Assembly: GCA_052426225.1 (NCBI GenBank)
Contig: JBNJNM010000021.1
Span: 310,001 to 374,000 of the forward strand
DNA: 64,000 bases
Direction of reading: 5' to 3'
Source: Zancudomyces culisetae HAW-14-8
Lineage: Eukaryota > Fungi > Kickxellomycota
This document shows positions 22,839 through 33,608 of the stretch, in pieces (the first letter of the stretch is position 1; each line of letters starts with the position of its first letter). Position numbers and translations under genes: made by a program. Below the pieces are notes generated by a model. That model saw only the letters and a list, made by a program, of their open reading frames with translations, had not been told where the DNA came from and did no database searches.

Positions 22839-24083
22839 ATGTTTTCTGACTACAATACCTCTTCACGGGTCATTTTGGGCTCTTCTTTGCTTTCCTCCCT
22901 AATTTTCGCATATTATTTCTACTTTTCAAGAGACAAGTACTATCATGCACCTGCATCGACATTTCAAACCCTGGCCTTTACTAACATTTGTATCTACTCG
23001 ATTTCCGGATTTTACATTGACCAATACCTTACGTCTTCACGAAAACGAAAAAACTCGGCACTGTCAAGTGCATTCAAGGTAACTTTATTTTGATCCATTT
23101 CTTGGTTTGTAAATACACAGAACACTTGTTCTCTTTTTATTTTACAATTTATACATAAATCAAAGTGAAGTTTCTATTGCAACTTAAAATAATTACCTAT
23201 GTATGTGTGCAACTTACCAGGTCGGAAGATACCTCTTGTTTTTGCTATCTACAAGCGTTATCTTTTCTGTAGCAGCAGTACTTTTTGGGGCTCCTATTTT
23301 CAGGTAAGATTTCTGATAAAACATCTGGTGGAATACTATATTGATGCGTTAATAATAATGTGTATACACACACTCTCACACCCATACAAACATAAATTCC
23401 TATTACAGCCGTTATGTTCTGATAAGGGAAATAACAACATTTTTTTTTATAGTTGGAACAGAAATAAAATTATGATATAACATTGTAGCTCCTACCACTC
23501 CACTTTTACTTTTGCATTGAACTGCTCGACACTTTCTATCAGTCCTATATTTTGGCTCCCATCCTGTAAATTTGATGAATATCTCGACATTCTGCTGTTT
23601 AATGGGTATTTTATATTTTACCTTTACAATATACTGCGCACGAATATTTGTTTTTATTGCATCATTATGTCATGATGCTCAGCATTTATCCAGACTACAC
23701 CATCGGTTTCTATACAAATCACTATTTTATGTTTGCGATTAGGGATCTAAACTACACTACGCTGTTGAGCAACACTGCCTTTTGGTCAACCGCGGTTGGA
23801 GCATGGTTGGGCTCATTTGCCATTCCATTAGATTGGGACAGGCCTTGGCAGGTAATATACCCATTGCTGCATTTACACATCTATTATTTATAAATTTTGT
23901 CAACACCGAATATGGTCGGTATTATGGATTTACTTAAATACTCCTATCTAACTACAGTGTTTTAATCGAAACTAGACCTGGCCAATATCTTGTGTATTAA
24001 GCGCACATATAATACACTCGTGTTCTATGCTGATTTTAGCTGCCATTTCAAGCATCTACACCTTTAAAGCGAAAAAAGACTAA
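22839..24083 (+). CDS. GPI11: GPI biosynthesis protein PIG-F/Gpi11, 5 exons
   Basis: Hydrophobic protein with LFGAP and GAWLGSFAIPLDWDRPWQ|TWPISC hallmark; four GT-AG introns keep frame; ends KAKKD*. Confidence 0.92.
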
Positions 24084-25499
24084 TGGAGCTTACCACTTTG
24101 TCTTTTTATTTGTTCTATATAAAGTTCCTGTTTGAATTCCAGGTGTTGTGTGATTACAACTTTTCCATGCACTTCAAACGTGTTTTTTTTTTTTGCCATT
24201 TTAGCAGTATCTATTTGATTGCGGCAGATTGATATATGTCTTTAATGTTTTTAGCGTTACAATAAAATTAGATTTTCATTCGGCATTGGTGACATCTATT
24301 ATTAAAACACAGTCCTTTAATACGCACACATCCATAACGTGCAAGTTGAGAAGGGATTGGCCATTTTTGGCTTAGTACATAAAGTGTACATATTCGATTG
24401 ATAAATTTGGTAATTTAGGTAATTTTTTTACGTTTTCTTTAAAGAATCAGTTGGTTATTTAGCGTTCCAAGAACATATGAGGTGTAATGTATGGTGCAAA
24501 CAAAAGTGTTATGGCGGTTCTTTTCTAGAGTCCATAATCTACTTGTAAGCAAAACACACACACATTTACCCTTGTTTTTTTTTTTTGCGAGTATTGGACT
24601 TCCAAAGAAAAGTTTGCGTAAGAATAGTTAGATTTAGTACGATACCCAGCTGTATGAGTTATGACCTACCACATGTCTATCTTAACCATAAAAAAAGTAT
24701 CAGATAGCGTGGATCTTGAGTCTTGGAGAGAGTGAGAGATTAAACTACCATAGCTAGAGAAAATTCAAACGAAAGTTCCATGTACTAATGGGAAATCTAT
24801 GCATGAGTTATACGTGTGCACGAGCTAATACAAAAAGTAATGATCTCATTAAAACAGTCAGATAGAGTGTCCACAAATAAGATCTCGAAGTTTATGTTGA
24901 TGGGCTGTTGCTGCCTTATTATCTCCTTATTATGTGTATATTTTGCCAAAATGTATGTTAACTAGTCCATTATGTCACTTTAGTCAACCTGCCATGAAGC
25001 ACCACGATTAATTGGTAGTGTACCAGCTACATCTGGTGTCTGTATTATATTTCTGTGCTTTTACTTTTTTTTTCCAGCTAATCTTTTTTTACCAAAACTG
25101 GTTAAGTATGGCGATTAGTACCTGTATTTGTGTATATCTGTCAGTTAGCCCAGACAAACAGAAATTAAATTAAACTAAATTAAATTAAATTAAAAATAAT
25201 TGAGGATACCACAAGACTATGTTAGGTTATACTTAAGCAACTTCATATCAGAAGAAAATACGCAAAAAACAATAATTACAGTGGAGGAGAACCTGACACC
25301 ATTCCACGCGCTGGTCACACGTTTTGACTCCAAAATTAAGCAAATATAGTTCCATTGCGTAGTGACACATTGTTTTAAGCATTTATAAATAACATAAACG
25401 ATTAGAGAGCGTCAAGTTATTTATTTATTTTTTGTTTGTGTATATACCAACACTTATGTGAACATAGGTGGTGGTAACTATAGAAAATAGGCTATGTTA

Positions 25500-25760
25500 T
25501 ACTATAGTTTCGATATTCATCGTATGACATTACAGGTTTGGAACAATAGCGCAGGTTAGGCATAAGCCCTTCCATAAGGAATTCATGTGCATCACAATTA
25601 GCGATCATATGTCCAGTTGTCAGCAAGAATTTATATGCATAAACATAATAAGCGTGGTGGGGCGGAATCTCAACATCAGATAGAGTTGTACATTTATGGA
25701 TTATGTAGATTAAAATTTCCCACCAATAACAGAGCGACTCCAGTTCATCTTTTCATTCCC
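25500..25760 (-). mobile_element. Possible decayed LINE APE-endonuclease fragment
   Basis: Minus strand 25732-25694 reads LLLVGNFNLHNP*, resembling the GDFNxHHP motif; surrounding frames are broken. Confidence 0.3.
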
Positions 25761-26385
25761 AAGGTATACTTTTAGCCACCAAACTTCCCCCCCCCCCTTG
25801 AAAAATATGAAAACAAAACACTATCGAATTTAAAGAGCGGAGTAATATATTTGAAAATATAATTATACTGCCGTATCGAATATCGAAGCGCTAACTGTAC
25901 CAAGAAAGTGCTCTCGTAGTACTGAGGACAGCTTTGATGTTGGGGTGCTTAGAGCATGCTCAATTTATTTAATTTCCGCCCAAAGGCCCTTTTATTTATT
26001 TATTTATTTATTTATTTTCAGGTACCTTTGTGATTAAATTAATAAGGTGAAAATTTTTTTTACAATTGTTAAAAAACCCAGAGATAATTAAAGCGATAGA
26101 GGTTGGAATTTCAGTCTACCAAATTGCGATAAATACGAAAAGGTTGGCAAGATTGGGGGGGGGGAGGGTAAAGCAGCGGGTCACCTATACCAAGTTTGTT
26201 TTTTTTCTTGGCTAAGAGATGGCGACCGCCCCAGGTTAGCATGGCTTTGTTTGACCCGGGCTAGTCCAATATTGTATTGATTTTATGGTGCCTAGGACCG
26301 TAAAAAAATGCAAATTTATTTTGGTCTGAAACAAGGGCTGAGCAAACAAAAAAATGTAACTGTGAGCACCAAGTGCTGTTGCACG

Positions 26386-26470
26386 ACGTGATGCGGTGTG
26401 ATGTAAGGTAATGTGTGGTAATGCGTGGTAAGGTTGGATGTGGTGTATGTTGCATGTATGTGCGTGTGTA
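26386..26470 (+). repeat. Degenerate 5-bp-period GT-rich repeat
   Basis: gtgat gcggt gtgat gtaag gtaat gtgtg gtaat gcgtg gtaag ... Confidence 0.6.
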
Positions 26471-27240
26471 TGGATTATATACTTTTGTTTTGTTTTCATT
26501 TCCCAAACCTGTGATTAGGGTTAAGAATTACAAATTACAAAAGCAGATTTATCGTTTATTCGTTTTTTCATAGTAACCTGGTCTACGCTATTTTTAGTTC
26601 TAATAATCCAATTTCAAACTGGACAAGCCTAAATTCTATAAAATAGCAAAAAAAAAAACAAGAAAAATTAAAAAAATAAAACACAGCAAATGCTAACACA
26701 AACAGATAATTGTAAGCAAATAAAAATGAAAATTGGCGTGGAAATGCAAGGTAAAAACAAAATAAAACATATTTGAAACGCAAAACTCAAGTTTTTCTGA
26801 GGGAATTTTTTAATAAAAGATAAAACCAAATTTATAGAACACGCTTTTATAAATAAATGATACTATTATTAAGCCGCCAAGTTTAGACAAAAAGGAAAAA
26901 AAGAACCCGTCGATAGTCTGGCAATAGGAACAACAACAGTGACAACCATCTATAGTAAAAGCTCACAAAAACAAAGGAAAGGGGGGAAAGCAACAGATTA
27001 GCAGCAAATTTCAAGCAGTATATTAAAAACGAAAGAGAACGGGCTCACGCTGTAGTTTATTAATTTTACCGTCATTGGTTCCAAGGATAACAAAAAATAC
27101 AAAACTAGATTGTAAGTAATTAAAGCAGGATTTTGTTTCATATAATTATTGTTAGGGCGGAAATATCTCTTGGGAACAAGTCATTGAAAAGATGTGAAAT
27201 AAATAGAGAAACTAAAACAAAATAGGATAGAATTGGTGTA

Positions 27241-29002
27241 ATGGAAAAGGGATGGAAATTTACCCAGTGTTTTGGCGATAAAGCGGAGGTAGATGAGGTT
27301 ACAGAGGGTAAGAATAAAATCGACACGTGTGGAATGGAAGAGTGTGTGTGGTAGGGGGGAGAGGAGAAAGGAGAGGGGAAGGGGAAAATAGAGATGAGCA
27401 AAACAAAAAAGATATAAATGGTAAAACAATGAATAAAAAATAGCGGACATAATTTCAGCGGTAGAATTTAACCAAACAGGAGATTATCTAGCGACAGGAG
27501 ATAAAGGCGGAAGATTGGTGCTTTTCGAAAGAAATGATAAGGTAAGAACTAGGGGCATGAGGCGGAAAATGAAGAGAAGATGAGTCTCTCTTTTTTTTGG
27601 AGCATTTACGAGATGATGTATGAGTTAGCTACAAAAGATAATGAAAAAAAGTACGGTTAATTACCAAATAGAAACAAGGCTGTGAGTATAATTTCTATAC
27701 GGAATTTCAATCGCATGAGCCGGAGTTTGATTACCTGAAGAGTTTAGAAATAGAGGAAAAAATAAATAGAATCAAATGGTTACCAAGTAGCAACAATTCG
27801 CTTTATATGCTAACAACTAATGATAAAACGATCAAGCTATGGAAGGTCTGTGAGAAGAGTTTAAAGGTAGTGGTAGAAAATAATCTGCTGGATGGCCAGC
27901 GGAGACCTCCACCAATGTTATCCCAGCTTCGGCTACCACAAATGAGTCTACGAGATAATATAATTGCGTCCGTTCCGCGAAGGATCTATGCAAACGCACA
28001 TGCATACCATATAAATTCAATATCAGTGAATTCAGATAAAGAAACATTTTTATCGGCAGACGATTTGCGAATCAATTTGTGGAATTTGGGAATAAGCAAC
28101 CAGAGTTTCAGTAAGTAAAGCAGGCGGGATTCGAAAAATAAAATAAATAGAGAAATACCGTTAATGACTGAATTGAATTCATAAACATAAACATAAACAT
28201 AAACATAAACATAAACATGAAAATAAAAAAAATAGATATAGTGGATATTAAACCAACAAATATGGAAGATCTCACAGAAGTAGTTACATCGGCAGAGTTT
28301 CATCCAACATCATGCAATACATTCGTGTATAGCAGTAGCAAAGGCACGCTGAAACTATGCGATATGCGAAATGCGGCGTTGTGTGATAGATATGCAAAGA
28401 TGTATGAAGAGGTTGAGGATCCAAGCACAAAAAACTTTTTCTCAGAAATAGTTTCATCGGTTTCAGAGGCAAAGTTCAGCAAAGATGGGCGATACATTAT
28501 TTCACGAGATTATCTGACACTTAAAATTTGGGATATCAACATGGAATCGCACCCAGTGCAGACAATCAATGTTCACGATTACTTGCGACCAAAGCTGTGT
28601 GATTTGTACGAAAACGATTGTATATTTGATAAATTCGAAGTGAGTATAAGTGGCGATTCAACGACCGGCGGAATAAAAGCCATGACTGGCTCTTACAATA
28701 ACTATTTCCACATATACAACACTCAGGAACCCAGCTACGAAACCATTTTACAGGCCGATAAGAACGCTTTCAGAGCCTTAAAAGTACCCAACGCCTTTGG
28801 AAATACCAGCAATGGCAACGCCGTTTCCTCAATAGGCAGAGTTGGCGTTCCCAAGGATGGTAAAAACGGAATCAAAAAGGACGATATAAACCCGGACACA
28901 ATGGATTACGGTCGCAAGATCCTCCATTCTAGCTGGCATCCTCGAGAGGATACTTTGGCTGTTGCTGCTACCAATAATTTGTTTATTTTTACTTACTATT
29001 AG
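27241..29002 (+). CDS. CDC55: PP2A regulatory subunit B55; exons 27241-27307, 27444-27541, 27672-28110, 28236-29002
   Basis: [82 protein letters not shown]; three in-frame GT-AG introns. Confidence 0.97.
28181..28218 (+). repeat. (ATAAAC)x6 microsatellite in CDC55 intron 3
   Basis: Seen directly just upstream of the 3' splice site. Confidence 0.9.
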
Positions 29003-30763
29003 TTATGTTTAAACATGCTTTCATAAAATAAAAACGATAAGCTAAACCGCAACCCCAACCCCAGCACACAGCTGATAACCTGTATCAACAAAATTGTTTC
29101 TGCAAGCTTCTTTTCCGACATTGGCCCCCTCCACACCAGGATCAAATTAATAAGCGTCATGTTGTTGACGTGTGTTGGCTTGCCATCGGCATCTCTATAA
29201 ATCCTTATCATTCTGATCTTTTCTAGGAGCTCTACCATCTTCAATCCTGCATTGGATATCTGTGTTATGTCTGCTCGACTTGGAATCAGCACTCCTTCGA
29301 TCTTTTCTCTTTTTCTGTGTTTACTGCTCCTTATTTTCGCTAAAATGTTGTTTTTTGTGTCCACCATCACTTCTTTTGGTTCTATCTTCTCCCAATGCTC
29401 TTTTTTATCCCCCTTTCCACTTCCTCCTCCCTCCGCGTTTTTTGTTACATTTTTCCGAACCTTTTTATCTACGCTCCCTTCTTTGTGATTATTATTGTCA
29501 TCGATATCTTCGTCACACTCATCATACTCTTCGCATTTGTCATACTCTTTCTCACTATTGCTTTTTCCAGATTCGCTATTTTCTATATACGCGCTAAACT
29601 TTGGCAGTCTATGCCTAGGGCACTGTACAATTCTGGCTAACTGTGGCAACGAATACAAGAAATTCAGCACTTGTGGGATAAAAAACAGCATCAAGGTCTT
29701 GGAAAAATGCCCCAATATTCCTGCTACTGCAAAAGTCATCCCTGCAAAGTAGCAAAACGTATCACCAACAAACACACGTGCTGGGTACTTGTTGTACTGA
29801 TATAACGCCAGTACCACCATCAGAAACGGAACCATCAGACACAGAGATAGCGAATGAAAATAATGATTCGGATATCCCTCCTCCAGTTCACTCCCCATAT
29901 TAGCATCTTTAGGTTTGGTACCATATACTATATGTAGTATGTTGTATAGTATGACCGACGTTGAAATAATTACACTCTGTCCCACTTCAATCCCATTGAC
30001 TCCCGCCAGAATATTTATCGAGTTTGTGCAAAATACAGCCATCATTCCAATATACACATAGTATCCAAATTTAAGATCTATGTGCTCCCCTAGTAGAAAC
30101 CGTAGAGGAAGCGGAACAATAACGTGTGTTACTCCATACGACACATAATACACCATAAGTACTGGGATCGATGCCAGAGTGGGTAATATCAGTTTGAACC
30201 TCCACTTCAAGTTCAATACATCATCTGCAAATCCCAGTAGAACCATGCTCTGTACGGAAAGTAGTGCAGATAAATATTCTCCAATTTTCATGTACGGTAA
30301 GTTATATTGAGTCTGGATAGTTTCCTGCGACCATTTATTGAAAAGCACAGGAATAAACAAAAAGCTTGCTACCAAATACGCCATTGCTGATATTACCCCT
30401 ACTGCCTCGGCCCTATTATTCCGTTAGAATTTTGAAAGGTTGAAAAGATAAAAGTATAGGCGTGTCTACTTATTTTCTTGAAAATGGTTACGGCAAAACA
30501 AAAAAAAATTACAAAACTTACAATAATGGCTTTCCTGGTTTATTCAAGTCCACACCGGATAATCCAACCTCGATAAAACTACTGGTTACCCTTGGAATCA
30601 TCCACAGCGTTGCCAAACCAGCTGTTATTGCTATACACAAACACAACACCAATGGATGGGCCTTTATATGCCAGCTTACACCTATTAGCGGAACTATCAC
30701 CATGGATGCCAATAGCAATAGATCCTTTTTAGTTTTCTTATTCTTTCTTATCGTCGACTTCAT
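28999..30763 (-). CDS. ALG7: UDP-GlcNAc:dolichyl-phosphate GlcNAc-1-P transferase; exons 30763-30522, 30412-28999
   Basis: GVDLNK, LLGFADDV, FCTNSINILAGVNGIEVGQ, YPARVFVGDTFCYFAG, GHFSKT, CPRHRLP, NNMTLINL. Confidence 0.96.
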
Positions 30764-31748
30764 CGCTGTTATCCCTCGTAAATTGAATCTGCGAGCACTG
30801 GGAACGTTTTTTTTTGTTTACTGGATGATGATGTGTTTGAATGGAAAAGGCGTACTTTTTGAATCTACAAAGCTAAATATATATATTCTGAGGTTATGGA
30901 TAGATTCTTGGTACCATCTTTATATGGTATAGTGTTTGATACTACAAGTACTGTAATAATAAAGTTTAATATTATTTTTAAATGTTTTGATTTCAGCAAT
31001 AAAAAACGCTAAAATTGCTGCGAAAAAAATATCAATCTAATATTGATGCACCATTTGACAAAACATTGTTTAAGCAAACTGGTAGTACCAATAAAATGTT
31101 GTGATTTTAGAAACCAAATGTAAATGAATCAAATAGCAGTTTGGAACCAATGTGTAAACTACTATAATAGGAAAGACTATAGCTTTTTTAAATATTACCA
31201 AAAAACAAAACAAAAACAGTACAAAATAAAAAAATAATTGGAAGGTGGAAATGGTTAAGCGATAAGGCGCTAGCTTGATCAAGGTGCTATTTTTAACCTC
31301 AGTTTGCAGTTAAAAAAATGGAGGCTTGTTTAGTGTACATAAAGAGATATCATATGAGTTCGTGTATCATCACACACAACTTGTAAGATTCATAGGTAGG
31401 CCATGTTCAACCATGAATATTGCTAGACAATAGTGCTCGGAGCATATTTTTTCTTGACTATAGAAATCAAACACAAAAGTATTCAAAGAAAGGGTTGCTA
31501 GTTACAGTATATGCTTTATTTGGGATGTATATGTACGAGTATAACAAAGTATATCGTTTAAGCATTCATCCATCAAGTATTTTGTATTTCATGTAATTAT
31601 TTCGTAATATTTTCAAAAATCAAAAAAAAAAAAAATTCCAAAGAAAATACATATTGATTTTGACAGGAAAAAAATAGTTTCAGCTTTAACATACCAAATA
31701 TACAAAATAAAATAAAATAAAATAAAACGAAACATTAAATCATATACA

Positions 31749-33317
31749 ATGTCCGGTGGATTCTTTAGAGGAACTAATCTCGATCAAGACAGCAGATTTG
31801 GAGATGGACAAAGTAAGCTTTATGCAAAGCTGAAAGGACCTCCTGAATTTAAACAAAAGGTACAAGAACAACTAATGAAAAATACCCTATTTATTTATTT
31901 TATTTTTTCAAAGATGTCCTTAATATTGAATTTCTTTTCCTTTACTAACTTGTGTCTATATTACAAAACACAGACTTTGCTTTTTTTAAGAAAAAAAAAA
32001 CTATAATTTTGATCTCAATAAGTGAGAAAGGAGAACAAAAAACAACACAAATTCAAAGATGAGAATGTGATTCATAGTTGTGTGTAAGGATTATAGTGGG
32101 TTAAAAGGGGTTAAAGTAAAGGTAATTTGTAAAATGTATGCGAAAAAAGGGTCAAATAAACGCGATTCAAGAGGTTATTCGGATTTTTAGCCAAGATGAT
32201 AAAGATGAAATATAAATTATTGCGACACACCAACCATACAACTATTTTCTAATAAAAGAATAACCTTTACGTATACATCATGTATCTTATTTGAGAATAT
32301 GTAACGATATCTTAATTATCAAGATTGATCCACAACTTTGTAGTTTTATAAACACCTGAACTAGAAACCTGTGAATTGGTGATGCCCAGCGGGCTTAATT
32401 AAGCAAATTTCATAATAAAGATTACCATATATTATGGAAATTTATTGGTATTAATCAATCCTACAGAAAATCGGTATTAATAACGGCGAACGCAAAATAA
32501 TGAAAATAGGTGGACATGAAAAAGGTAAACTTAGAGGTACTGAAACCATGGATAGCTAAAAGGGTCTACGAAAGCCTTGGGATTGAAGACGAAGTTGTAG
32601 TCGAGTTTGTATTTACTATGCTTGAAGAACCACAGGTAAGTATAGGAAAATAGTTTTGCAGAGCCCTGTACAGTTTAAGCACTTGTTTGGTGATCATATA
32701 TATGTTTAGTTCAGGTTAGAAGCACCTTTAAACAATTTGGTAGATAAGTACAAAATGCATATTTCCTTCAAAAATAGCTAGATCCTAAAAGGATGCAGAT
32801 CAATTTGACGGGGTTTTTGGAAAGAAAGACACCAGATTTTATGCTCGAATTGTGGAAAATCCTGCTAAGTGCACAGAGTAGTCCAGACGGCATTCCAAAT
32901 GAGCTAGTAGAACAAAAAAAACAGGAAATGGAAAAGAAAAGAGCAGAGGAAGAAAAGCTCATGAACTTGTTAAAAGAAAAACAGTTGCGAATAACTCTTG
33001 AAAATTCAATGACAAAGAGAAGTTCGACGGACGAAGGCACTAGGAGACGAGAGAGGTCACGAGATGAGGATCGCAGTGGGGGTAGACGCAGACGAGACTC
33101 GAGCATTGATCGAAGAAGAAGACGGCGTAGCAGATCATCATCACATGATAGTCGCAATAGAGAAAGAACATCACGCAGGAGAGACAACGCCAGGACTAGA
33201 CAGGACAGCAGGGAAGATACACGAAGACGCAGCCGCCGTGAGCGTCATAGCCGTCGTCGCAGTAGCTCTTCTTCTAGAAGTCCTAGACGCAAACCGGAAT
33301 CTAAGGAAAGAAGATGA
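31749..33317 (+). CDS. SRRM1: PWI-domain SR-related splicing factor (SRRM1/SRm160-like); exons 31749-31859, 32510-32635, 32779-33317
   Basis: GFFRGTNLDQDSRF, KVDMKKVNLEVLKPWI, LGIEDEVVVEFV, DPKRMQINLTGFLE, FMLELWKILLSAQ, RS-rich tail. Confidence 0.92.
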
Positions 33318-33608
33318 GCGTGAAATGATTCTTTTGCTAGTTTTTGTAATGTGTAGATTTGGAAAATAAAACCTGTTAAACATTTTTTTTGTTGAGATCA
33401 GAACGCTATTCGTAGTTTGTTGAAAAACGCGAATTTGCCAAAAAAAAAGAAAAAAAAAAGAAAAAAATTCTGCTTTAGAACCGATTTGCGAAATTGGGAT
33501 ACTGAGTAAAAGTTTAGCATTATTTCGTGGGTTGGTTAAAAATAAATACTGTTGCAAGTGTACATTAACATTTGCGACTAGTAAAGCACAAAAAAAAAAA
33601 AGGGAAAA

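Noticed and set aside
26200-26250. U2-like (TTGGCTAAGA) and U6-like (TTAGCATGGC) 10-mers
   Set aside because: No ACAGAGA box, no GTAGTA branch-pairing sequence and no flanking similarity; chance matches.
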